Shown: positions 10,003 to 17,871, counted from the stretch's first letter. The stretch is DNA of 32,000 nt from Xanthomonas campestris pv. campestris str. ATCC 33913 (GCF_000007145.1 NC_003902.1:120001-152000); one strand, 5' to 3'. The notes: generated by a model not told the origin, from the letters alone. Numbers and translations are program-made.

Positions 10003-10045
10003 GTGCCAGGTGCAGATTTTGTCCGGCTAGGTGCCAGGTGCAGAT
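9997..10045. repeat. Perfect 21-bp direct repeat (ggctaggtgccaggtgcagat x2, 7-bp spacer) spanning the ligD stop codon
   Basis: Copies at 9997-10017 and 10025-10045. The first contains the ligD TAG (10000-10002). Confidence 0.9.
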
Positions 10046-10124
10046 CATGCATGATGGGCCTGCGGCACTTTGCCGGTGGCGTGCGCTAGATATGATCGGA
10101 ATAGCTGAGGGCAGCACCTCTCAC

Positions 10125-11115
10125 GTAGGAGCGCGCTCGCGCGCGATGAAGCTGTCACGGGAATGCCTCATCGCGCGCAAGCGCGCTCCTACGACGGCCG
10201 ACGGCTGCGGGAGTGCCGCGGCATCAGACCACGCACCAAGATTCGTCGGCTCGGCCTATGCGCCGTAGACCTCGATGCAATATGTGGTTCATTCGGGCAT
10301 CAAGCCACGTAGGAGCGCGCTCGCGCGCGATGAGGCCTTCCCGGTAACGCTCCATCGCGCGCAAGCGCGCTCCTACGACGGCCGACGGCTGCGGGAATGC
10401 CGGGACATCAGACCAGGCACCAAGATTTGTCGGCTCGGCCTGTGCGCCGTAGACCTCGATGCAATCTGGGGTTCATCCGGGCATCAAGCCACGTAGGAGC
10501 GCGCTCGCGCGCGATGAGGCCTTCCCGGGAATGCCCCATCGCGCGCAAGCGCGCTCCTACGACTGCCGACGGCTGCGGGAATGCCGGGACATCAGACCAG
10601 GCACCAAGATTTGTCGGCTCGGCCCTGTGCGCCGTAGACCTCGATGCAATCTGGGGTTCATCCGGGCATCAAGCCACGTAGGAGCGCGCTTGCGCGCGAT
10701 GAAGCCTTCCCGGGAATGCCCCATCGCGCGCAAGCGCGCTCCTACGACTGCCGACGGCTGCGGGAGTGCCGCGGCATCAGACCACGCACCAAGATGCGTC
10801 GGCTCGGCCCTGTGCGCCGTAGACCTCGATGCAATCTGGGGTTCATCCGGGCATCAAGCCACGTAGGAGCGCGCTTGCGCGCGATGAGGCTTTCCCGGTG
10901 ATGCCCGATCGCGCGCAAGCGCGCTCCTACGACAGCTGTCGTGTCCGGAGAGGTGGGGTCAGACCAGACACAACGGATGTGCCGGCTTGGATTAGGTTCC
11001 ATGTCTTCAATGCAATCAGGTGCGCGCGGCGGCATCGCAGGCCACGTAGGAGCGCGCTTGCGCGCGATGAGGCTTTCCCGGTAACGCTCCATCGCGCGCG
11101 CAAGCGCGCTCCTAC
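10125..11115. repeat. Tandem array of about 184-185-bp units, each carrying an inverted doublet of GTAG-headed REP-like palindromes (BIME-like array)
   Basis: Unit starts (gtaggagcgcgc...) are at 10125, 10309, 10493, 10678, 10863 and 11046, giving spacings of 184, 184, 185, 185 and 183 bp. Each unit has gtaggagcgcgcYYgcgcgcgat, 22 nt, then atcgcgcgcaagcgcgctcctac, giving a 23-bp stem. Four units are near-identical, the fifth has a diverged non-REP part, and the sixth is only the doublet. Confidence 0.9.
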
Positions 11116-11220
11116 GAAAGGCGCAGAGTTGGTTGCTGTGAGGTAACCATGTCTGTTGCTAGCTCAACCAACAGCAGCAAGCCCAGGACATCGAAAACCG
11201 TGCGCGCGCGATGCTCTAAC

Positions 11221-11304
11221 GATTCCCGATTCCCGATTCCCGATTCCCGATTCCCGATTCCCGATTCCCGATTCCCAATCCCCAATCCCCAATCCCCAAT
11301 TTCC
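11221..11304. repeat. Heptanucleotide microsatellite: (GATTCCC)8 (AATCCCC)3 plus one degenerate unit
   Basis: Direct reading gives 8 perfect GATTCCC units at 11221-11276, three AATCCCC at 11277-11297 and aatttcc at 11298-11304. It lies just 3' of the lldD stop (11309-11311). On the lldD sense strand it reads (GGGGATT)3(GGGAATC)8. Confidence 0.95.
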
Positions 11305-11308
11305 AGCC

Positions 11309-12469
11309 TCAAGGCACAACCGCCGCCTCGCGCGTTACCCGGCTCAACGCGTCGCCGCTGATCTCGGCCACCGAATGCGTGCCGGTGAGGATCATCGCCA
11401 CGCGCATCTCGCGCTCGATCAGGGTCAGCAGGTTTTCCACGCCGGCCTGGCCGCCGGCGGCCAGTGCGTAGACGAACGCGCGGCCGAGCAATACGGCATC
11501 GGCACCCAGCGCCAGCATGCGCACCACATCTAACCCACTGCGAATGCCCGAGTCGGCCAGGATCTTCAGCTCGCCCTTCACTGCATCGGCAATCGCCGGC
11601 AATGCGCGCGCGCTGGACAGCACGCCATCGAGCTGGCGCCCGCCATGGTTGGACACCACGATGCCGTCGGCGCCGAAGCGCACCGCGTCGCGTGCGTCCT
11701 CCGGGTCGAGGATGCCCTTGATCACCATCGGCCCGGTCCAGAACTCGCGGATCCATTCCAGGTCCTTCCACGAGATGGAGGGGTCGAAATTGGCCGCCAG
11801 CCAGCCGATGTAATCCTGCAATCCGGTGGGGCTGCCGCGGTAGGTGGAGATGTTGCCCAGGTCATGCGGTTTGCCGAGCAGGCCCACGTCCCACGCCCAG
11901 CGCGGGTGCGTCATCGCCTGCAGCATGCGCCGCAGCGACGCGTTAGGCCCGCTCATGCCCGAGTGCGCATCGCGGTAGCGCGCGCCGGGCGTGGGCATGT
12001 CCACCGTGAACACCAGCGTGGTCACCCCGGCGGTCTTGGCGCGCTCCAGCGCGTTGCGCATGAAGCCGCGGTCCTTGAGCACATACAGCTGGAACCACAT
12101 CGGGCGGTCGATCGCTGGTGCCACTTCCTCGATCGGGCACACCGACACCGTGGACAGCGTGAACGGAATGCCGCGCGCAGCGGCTGCACGCGCGGCCTGC
12201 ACTTCGCCGCGGCGTGCGTACATGCCGGTGAGCCCCACCGGTGCCAGCGCCACCGGCATCGCCAGCGTCTCGCCGAACAGCTCGGTGCTCAGGCTGAGAT
12301 CGGACATATTGCGCAGCACGCGCTGACGCAACGCGATATCCGCCAGGTCCGAGACATTGCGCCGCAAGGTGTGCTCGGCATACGCGCCGCCATCAATGTA
12401 GTGGAACAGGAACGGCGGCAAGCGGGCTTCGGCGGCGGCGCGGTAATCGGAAGCGGCAGAAATGATCAT
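11309..12469 (-). CDS. lldD: FMN-dependent L-lactate dehydrogenase (alpha-hydroxy-acid oxidase family), 386 aa
   Basis: [74 protein letters not shown] and [12 protein letters not shown] are colinear with LldD as I recall it. Confidence 0.95.
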   Translation of the reverse strand: MIISAASDYRAAAEARLPPFLFHYIDGGAYAEHTLRRNVSDLADIALRQRVLRNMSDLSLSTELFGETLAMPVALAPVGLTGMYARRGEVQAARAAAARGIPFTLSTVSVCPIEEVAPAIDRPMWFQLYVLKDRGFMRNALERAKTAGVTTLVFTVDMPTPGARYRDAHSGMSGPNASLRRMLQAMTHPRWAWDVGLLGKPHDLGNISTYRGSPTGLQDYIGWLAANFDPSISWKDLEWIREFWTGPMVIKGILDPEDARDAVRFGADGIVVSNHGGRQLDGVLSSARALPAIADAVKGELKILADSGIRSGLDVVRMLALGADAVLLGRAFVYALAAGGQAGVENLLTLIEREMRVAMILTGTHSVAEISGDALSRVTREAAVVP

Positions 12470-12753
12470 CGAAGGCGGGGAGCGGCGGGGGCAGCCTCAG
12501 AGTGTAAGACGATCGCCCGTGGCGCGAACCGTCGCGGCCAACGCGCACACGTGGGTGTACAGCGATGCAGGCGGCCGCCGCGGATGTGCCCGGATGCGCA
12601 GCCGCGGCCGAATCACGGCATCTTCGCTATCACGCCGCTCCTGCGGCGGTGCCACAGCATAGCGGCGGCACCGCAGGCGCCATGCACACCGAATCGCTGT
12701 CCATCCCAACGAAGCGTAGCCACACGGGGATCCCGCTGTGACCACGCACGTGT

Positions 12754-13320
12754 TCACCACACCAGTGGCAGCAGGCGCCAGCTCTGGGTGGCGTAGTCGG
12801 CGTAGCGGGTGGGGAAGGCGCGGCGCAGCGCGGCTTCTTCCACGCGGATGCGGCGCAGGAAGACCCAGGTCACCGGCAGCACGATCACCAGCAGCGACAG
12901 CGCATTGCCCATGCCCAGCGCCATCCCGTAGAAGCACAGCAACGCGCCGGTGTAGGAGGGGTGGCGCAACCAGCGGTATGGGCCGCTCCGCACCAGCTGG
13001 TGGTCGGCCTGGATGGTGACATCCACCGTGAACCAGCGCGCCAGCACCTGGATCGCCCACACCCGCAGCCCCAGGCCGCCGGCGATCAGTGCACAGGCAC
13101 CCCAGCGCAGCGGCTCCTGCCAGGCCGGCGGCCAGTGGCTGATGCCGGCGAAGGCCAGCCCCACCGCCACCGCGATCGACAGCGACAACACCCGCCACAA
13201 CTGGCCCAGCGTGCCTTGGTCGTGCGCCCCGCCATCAGGGGCGCGACGTTGCCGGCGCAACCAGAGTTCGTAGCCCACCCAAAGCAGGCTGAGCGCGGTG
13301 AGCAGGTGAGATGCAGACAT
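12754..13320 (-). CDS. Isoprenylcysteine carboxyl methyltransferase (ICMT/PEMT) family membrane methyltransferase, 188 aa
   Basis: ATG at 13320 with GGAG 8 nt upstream. There are several hydrophobic helices, and the C-terminal motif LVRSGPYRWLRHPSYTGALLCFYG...RRIRVEEAALRRAF is characteristic of the ICMT family. Confidence 0.8.
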   Translation of the reverse strand: MSASHLLTALSLLWVGYELWLRRQRRAPDGGAHDQGTLGQLWRVLSLSIAVAVGLAFAGISHWPPAWQEPLRWGACALIAGGLGLRVWAIQVLARWFTVDVTIQADHQLVRSGPYRWLRHPSYTGALLCFYGMALGMGNALSLLVIVLPVTWVFLRRIRVEEAALRRAFPTRYADYATQSWRLLPLVW

Positions 13321-13602
13321 GGGTGACTCCAGGAATGAGGGCGGTGGTGAGGAGCGATGTGCCAGGGCGACGGTGTGCATGGTGGAGAAGGGCCGCATCT
13401 GCAAGGCCGGTGCTGCGGGTGCCCTGCAGCGTGTTTCCAGGGGCCTGCATCACCTGGCAGAACCGTCACTCGGCCAGTGACCCCAGTCTGCCCAGGCGCG
13501 GCACCGGCCACAGTGGCCGCAGGTCATCGATCCCACCTGCCGGAAGTCACTTTCTGCATCGCCGCCATTGCTGTTGGCGGGTGCGGCGGTCAGCATCGCC
13601 GC

Positions 13603-14706
13603 ATGACAACTCTCCTGCGTGATCTGCTCAAACCCCTGAACCTGGCCGGCGTGTTCACCATCGCCGCGGTCGCCCTGTCGTTCGGCCAGGATCTTGCGCC
13701 GCACGGGCTGTGGCGCTGGGCCACGGTGATCGGCTTCACCGCCCTGTTCCTGTTTCGCGCGTTGCTGCCGCCACGGCCGCTGCCACAGCATGCGGCGCTG
13801 CTGCTGCAGGCCCTGCTGGCGGTGGCACTGATCTGGCTGGAACCACGCACCGGCACCTCGCCGGTGCTGCTGGTGCTGGTGGCCGCGCAGGCGGCCATGC
13901 GCTGGCCGCCGCCGCAGGTGCTGGCGCTGATGCTGGTATTGAACGCGGCCATGTACGCGGTGTTCGTGCTGGCGGGTGTGCCGCGTCCCTTCCTGATGGT
14001 GGCCATCTACACCAGCTTCCAGGCGTTTGCCGCGCTCACCGCCAACTATGCGCGCAGCGCCGAGCGCGCCCGCGATGCGCTGGTCTACGTCAATGCCGAT
14101 CTGCTGGCCACCCGCGCGCTGCTGGCCGACAGCGCCCGCGACGCCGAGCGGCTGCGCCTGGCCCGCGAGCTGCACGATGTGGCCGGCCACAAACTCACCG
14201 CCATGCGCATCCACCTGCGCCTGCTGCGGGCCGAACCGGCGCTGGCCCCGCGCGAGGACCTGCGCATGCTGGAGCAGTTGTCCGGCGAGCTGCTGGGCGA
14301 TATCCGCAGCGTGGTGCAGTCCTTGCGCGACGATGCCGGGCTGGATCTACACACCGCATTGCACGCGCTGGCCGCGCCGTTCCCGCGGCCGGCATTGCGG
14401 CTGCAGATCGATGCGCAGGTGCGCGTGAGCGACCCGCAGGTGGCCGAAGCGCTGGTGCGGCTGGTGCAGGAAGCGCTGACCAACGCCGCCCGCCACGGCG
14501 ATGCCGACACGGTGACCGTGGCGGTGCGCTGCGACGCCGGCGCGTTGTGTGTGGACATCCAGGACGATGGCCGCTGCGCCGAGCAGATCCACGAAGGCAA
14601 CGGCATTGCCGGCATGCGCGAACGCCTGGCCGCCCTGAGTGGGCAGCTCGACCTGCGCCGCGCCGCCCACGGCGGCCTGCACCTCACCGCCAGGCTGCCG
14701 GCATGA
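13603..14706 (+). CDS. Sensor histidine kinase, HisKA_3 (DesK/NarX-like) class, polytopic N-terminus, 367 aa
   Basis: ATG at 13603. About 5 hydrophobic helices are followed by the H-box LARELHDVAGHKLTAMRIHL, the N-box QEALTNAARHG and the G-box GNGIAGMRERL. The upstream 82 codons of the track ORF are Cys/Gly/Pro-rich junk. Confidence 0.9.
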   Translation: MTTLLRDLLKPLNLAGVFTIAAVALSFGQDLAPHGLWRWATVIGFTALFLFRALLPPRPLPQHAALLLQALLAVALIWLEPRTGTSPVLLVLVAAQAAMRWPPPQVLALMLVLNAAMYAVFVLAGVPRPFLMVAIYTSFQAFAALTANYARSAERARDALVYVNADLLATRALLADSARDAERLRLARELHDVAGHKLTAMRIHLRLLRAEPALAPREDLRMLEQLSGELLGDIRSVVQSLRDDAGLDLHTALHALAAPFPRPALRLQIDAQVRVSDPQVAEALVRLVQEALTNAARHGDADTVTVAVRCDAGALCVDIQDDGRCAEQIHEGNGIAGMRERLAALSGQLDLRRAAHGGLHLTARLPA

Positions 14707-15335
14707 GCGCGCTCCGGATCGCCCTGGCCGATGACCAGGTGCTGGTGCGTGCGGCCTTGCGCGCGCTGTTGCAGCAGCAGGGCATCACCGTGGTCTGCGA
14801 GGCCGACGACGGCCAGGCCCTGCTCGATGCGCTGGCCACGCACAACGTGGACGTGGTGCTCAGCGACATCCGCATGCCCGGCCTGGACGGCATTGCCGCG
14901 CTGGAACAATTGCGCGCGCGCGGCGACCGTACCCCCGTGCTGCTGCTCACCACCTTCGACGACAGCGAGCTGCTGCTGCGTGCCTGCGAGGCCGGCGCGC
15001 AGGGGTTCCTGCTCAAGGACGCCGCGCCGGACGACCTGCACGAAGCCATCGCCCGCGTGGCCGCCGGCGAGACCCTGCTGCAGCCGGTCAGCACCGACCC
15101 GGTACGCGCCCGCTACCAGTTCCGCGACCAGCAGGCCCCGCGCGAGACCTTCAACGAACGCGAGGTGGCGATCCTGCGCCTGCTCGCCGGCGGCTACTCC
15201 AACAAGGAAATTGCCCGCACCCTGTTTCTGGCCGAAGGCACGGTGAAGAACTATGTCTCCACCATCCTGGACAAGCTCGGCACCCGCGACCGCACCCGCG
15301 CGGTGCTGAAGGCGATTACGTTGCGGGTGATTTGA
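14703..15335 (+). CDS. Response regulator, receiver plus LuxR/NarL-type HTH, 210 aa
   Basis: The ATG at 14703 overlaps the kinase stop (ATGA). Motifs: IALADDQVLVR, the phospho-acceptor context VDVVLSDIRMPGLDG, VLLLTTF, and the LuxR HTH REVAILRLLAGGYSNKEIARTLFLAEGTVKNYVSTILDKLG. Confidence 0.95.
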   Translation: MSALRIALADDQVLVRAALRALLQQQGITVVCEADDGQALLDALATHNVDVVLSDIRMPGLDGIAALEQLRARGDRTPVLLLTTFDDSELLLRACEAGAQGFLLKDAAPDDLHEAIARVAAGETLLQPVSTDPVRARYQFRDQQAPRETFNEREVAILRLLAGGYSNKEIARTLFLAEGTVKNYVSTILDKLGTRDRTRAVLKAITLRVI

Positions 15336-15380
15336 GGGCGGCGCTGCTGCCATTCCATACCCGCAGCGCGACCGAGACTA

Positions 15381-15525
15381 TAAGAGCGGCTAACAAAACG
15401 TAGCGAGCAGCCGTCAGGTGGGTGCGGACGGCGCGGAGGAACCGGAGTGTACGGGGGTACATGCCGATTCCGAGCACCGGCCGAGCCCGCCTGGCGGCTG
15501 CGCAGTAGTTTTGATAGCTGCTCTA
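15381..15525. repeat. 145-bp long imperfect palindrome (MITE-like or structured-RNA-like element)
   Basis: Left arm 15381-15452 and right arm 15457-15525 are reverse complements at roughly 70% identity with 3 single-nt gaps (hand alignment). Termini are taAGAGCgGCTAaCAAAAC and GTTTTGaTAGCtGCTCTa. There is an inner pair gcagccgtcag (15407-15417) with ctggcggctgc (15491-15501), and a central hairpin at 15438-15471 with 12 of 15 bp and loop gggg. Confidence 0.6.
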
Positions 15526-15566
15526 AATCGCGGCGCCGCAGCTGCAGCGATCCGCGAGTACCGACA

Positions 15567-15602
15567 GCGGGCCGGTGCGCCCTTGCAGGCGTGCCGGCCC
15601 GC
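15567..15602. terminator. GC-rich hairpin between convergent genes (gcgggccgg ... ccggcccgc), candidate bidirectional terminator
   Basis: Perfect 9-bp stem (15567-15575 with 15594-15602) plus an inner cgcc/ggcg pairing. It ends 7 nt from the stop of the minus-strand gene at 15609. There is no U-tract. Confidence 0.45.
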
Positions 15603-15608
15603 CAGCGC

Positions 15609-16982
15609 TTACTCCTGCGGCAGCTTGGAAATTGCGATCCCGACGATCAGCGGCTGCTCGGATGTCGTGGTGCCGGTGAAGCTTTGCCCTGATTCGCTCA
15701 GGCTCCAACCGGCCTTTTCGCTGCCGCCTTCGGCTTCGAAGGTGAACGGGCCGATGCGCAGCCCGGTCGAGACCTTGAACATCTCGGAGAACTTGCTGAA
15801 GGACGACTTGCTGGTGGTGATGGTGAAGGTCGGCTTGTAGCCCACGTACATACCGGTCTTGAGGAGACCGAAGAAGCCCTTCTCGCCAAACACGGCCTGG
15901 GTGCCGTCCTCGCCGAACGCGCTATAGCCCTTTACGAACGGGCCGTTGCGCTTGCTGCGCACGAACGGGCCGTTGTACCAGTCGCTGGGCTGGATCTGGA
16001 TCAGGTCCAGCGCTTCGAACTCCACCGAAACGTCGAGTTCGTTGTCGGTCTCGAACTCGTCGATGCGCTGCCACTTGCCGGCGACTCGGACTTCCCAGAA
16101 CAGCTGGCGAATCTTGGCCGAACCGCCGGCCCAGGTCTTGCTGTAGTCGTAGGCCGCATCGCGGTTGGTGAAGCCCATGGTGGCGCCCGCCGGGCCCTGG
16201 CCGGCCTGCACCGCATCAATCCACTCGCTGGCGCTTTGTGCCACCGACCAGTTAGGCACCAGCGGGAACTTGGACAGCGCCGGATCGTTGAGCTTGGCGT
16301 AGAAGTTCTCATTGGCCATCTGCTTCTGAGCCTCGCCCAGGCCCGGCGTGTTGGCCTGCACGACCAGCGCGTTGTAGGTGAGCTGCGCCTGGTCCATCTT
16401 GACCTGCATGGTGCTGATCTTGTTCTGCCAACCGGCGCCGGCCGGCGAACCCAGCCATTTGGTGAAGGTCGGGTCGTTGTCGGTGACATCGTCCTGATAC
16501 ACCGAGCGCGCCTGGTTGTAGGCGATGGTGTAGCCGTTGCTGGCGGCGGTCAGCGCGTCGTCGGCCGCTTTGATCTTCTGCCGCAGTGAGGCGTCGTCGG
16601 TCGCGGCCGGGATCACGTTGAGGAATTCCTGGTAGGCCTGGTTGAGGCGATCGCCGCTGGACACGAAGGCGCCGACCGCGCTCCATTGCGGCGACGTGGA
16701 GCAGAAGTCGTACTGTGCGGTGCCGATGAAGCCCGCCTGCTGCATCGGCCAAGCCCAGGTCGTGAACGGATAGACCATCTGGAACGTATCCGGGGTGGCC
16801 CCGATGGCATCGGTCAGCGCGCGGTACAGCAGGCCCCAGGGCTTCTGGTCGTAGTCGGCGGCCTGCAGCGCGGCGGCATCGGCCTGGCGACGCTGCGCGG
16901 CGGTCTGGCGGAACAGCGACACCGGGGAATCGTGCGCCTCGGCGGTCGGGGTGTCGGAAGCATTGTTGGTATGGGTGAGCAT
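15609..16982 (-). CDS. Hypothetical protein, 457 aa, no recognised family, no signal peptide
   Basis: Long ORF with native-like composition. Start chosen at ATG 16982 (MLTHTNNASDTPTAEAHDSPVSLFRQ...) because the 34 upstream codons (MGCVRLRADRTPPPRCRRPQ...) look non-coding. The SD is weak. The middle looks helical and the C-terminal ~110 aa is Ser/Thr/Gly/Phe-rich and strand-like (GYKPTFTITTSKSSFSKFSEMFKVSTGLRIGPFTFEAEGG...). Confidence 0.8.
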   Translation of the reverse strand: MLTHTNNASDTPTAEAHDSPVSLFRQTAAQRRQADAAALQAADYDQKPWGLLYRALTDAIGATPDTFQMVYPFTTWAWPMQQAGFIGTAQYDFCSTSPQWSAVGAFVSSGDRLNQAYQEFLNVIPAATDDASLRQKIKAADDALTAASNGYTIAYNQARSVYQDDVTDNDPTFTKWLGSPAGAGWQNKISTMQVKMDQAQLTYNALVVQANTPGLGEAQKQMANENFYAKLNDPALSKFPLVPNWSVAQSASEWIDAVQAGQGPAGATMGFTNRDAAYDYSKTWAGGSAKIRQLFWEVRVAGKWQRIDEFETDNELDVSVEFEALDLIQIQPSDWYNGPFVRSKRNGPFVKGYSAFGEDGTQAVFGEKGFFGLLKTGMYVGYKPTFTITTSKSSFSKFSEMFKVSTGLRIGPFTFEAEGGSEKAGWSLSESGQSFTGTTTSEQPLIVGIAISKLPQE

Positions 16983-17298
16983 GGGTGCGTCTCGGTGGAC
17001 CGCAGCGATTGCTGCGGCAGGTGCCTGGGGCCGCCGACATCGCGGCGGTGGCGTCCGGTCGGCACGGAGCCGGACACAGCCCACCCTGCCGCGCCGCGCC
17101 TCGGCGTTGCCTTACCGCAACCTGCCGGACTGCAAGCCTATGAAGCGCTTGGGATTTTTTCGCTGCATGGCGCTGGCGGGGTCGCCTGGTGCAGATGTGC
17201 AATACAGGTGGCGGGACGCGTCGGCCGCAACCGTAAGCTGTCCGTCAGGTCCGCGCGGCCGGTTGCCGGCAGGGTGGCGCTGCGGCCCACGCGCCGCC

Positions 17299-17328
17299 CG
17301 GAGACCGCATTGCGCGCTCCGGTCTCCG
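17299..17328. promoter_or_regulatory. Perfect 9-bp inverted repeat cggagaccg-N12-cggtctccg just upstream of the lipoprotein gene (candidate operator or 5'-UTR hairpin)
   Basis: 17299-17307 and 17320-17328 are exact reverse complements. The repeat ends 15 nt before ATG 17344. Confidence 0.3.
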
Positions 17329-17343
17329 ACCAGGACTACCGCC

Positions 17344-17871
17344 ATGCGCTTGTTCCATAAGTTTGTCTTGCTGACGCTGTCGATGCTGTTCGCGGCATGC
17401 AGCACGCCCGTCCCGCGGGCCGCGCCCTCTGCGCCGCCACAGGCGCTGTTCAAGGGCACCGACGTTTCCGAAACCGATGTGATTGCACGTTCCAAGCAGG
17501 AAGGCTGCCAGCTGATCCCGTACGACACCAAGCGCAGCACCTGCGTGGACCAAAATGCAGGCCTGCATGACCCGACCGCCTGCGACGCGCTGGCATGCCA
17601 GAAGGCGGCCGGTAATGCCGCCAACCGCCTGCGTCTGGCGGCATGGCAGAGTTGCGTGGACCGGCGCACATTGATCAACGGCGCGTTCGACAGCACGCTC
17701 AAGGACCTGGACGCCTTCAAGAGAGGGCCGAGCTACAAGAACTGGAATCAGCCGGGCAAGAACGCGATGGCCACGCTGATCACCAAGATCAAGGCCGGCC
17801 AGCCGGGGCATGCAATCGCGCTGAAGAACGCAACCAGCACCCTGAAGGACTGCAAGAAAATCGTGAACTGA
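17344..17871 (+). CDS. Putative lipoprotein, Cys-rich, 175 aa
   Basis: The N-terminus MRLFHKFVLLTLSMLFAAC has a signal peptide with a lipobox-like LFAA-C. There are 7 further Cys residues in the mature part. No family recognised. Confidence 0.7.
   Translation: MRLFHKFVLLTLSMLFAACSTPVPRAAPSAPPQALFKGTDVSETDVIARSKQEGCQLIPYDTKRSTCVDQNAGLHDPTACDALACQKAAGNAANRLRLAAWQSCVDRRTLINGAFDSTLKDLDAFKRGPSYKNWNQPGKNAMATLITKIKAGQPGHAIALKNATSTLKDCKKIVN

Noticed and set aside
10125-11115. Possible CRISPR array, given regularly spaced palindromic repeats
   Set aside because: The segments between the palindromes are themselves conserved from unit to unit, so there are no unique spacers. The period is 184-185 bp rather than about 60-70 bp. 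The repeats occur as inverted doublets, and no cas genes are nearby.
10038-11146. Chain of overlapping ORFs (10038..10268, 10275..10496, 10397..10681, 10459..10866, 10644..10901, 10742..11092, 10829..11146) with recurring peptides such as IARKRAPT and HVGARSRAM
   Set aside because: The recurrent peptides simply mirror the 184-bp DNA repeat containing REP palindromes. The same DNA reads open in several frames and on both strands, so these are repeat artefacts, not genes.
11112-11771. 219-aa minus-strand ORF containing [20 protein letters not shown]
   Set aside because: The repeat peptide is the translation of the heptanucleotide microsatellite. The remainder is an out-of-frame read on the lldD strand, overlapping the 3' end of the real lldD gene.
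11645-12796. 383-aa plus-strand ORF opposite lldD
   Set aside because: It is an antisense shadow of lldD with an Arg/His/Ala/Gly-rich product.
13710-15335. 541-aa ORF spanning the kinase and regulator genes, and the 422-aa antisense ORF 14085..15353
   Set aside because: Only the last 210 codons, from ATG 14703, encode the receiver-LuxR protein. The upstream part is an alternate frame of the kinase gene (Ala/Arg/Gly/Pro-rich). The antisense ORF has no motifs.
16983-17343. Search for a plant-inducible-promoter (PIP) box TTCGB-N15-TTCGB upstream of the 457-aa orphan and lipoprotein genes
   Set aside because: No CGAA or TTCG pair with 15-nt spacing is present. There is a single TTCGC at 17159 without a partner, so there is no evidence for HrpX control.
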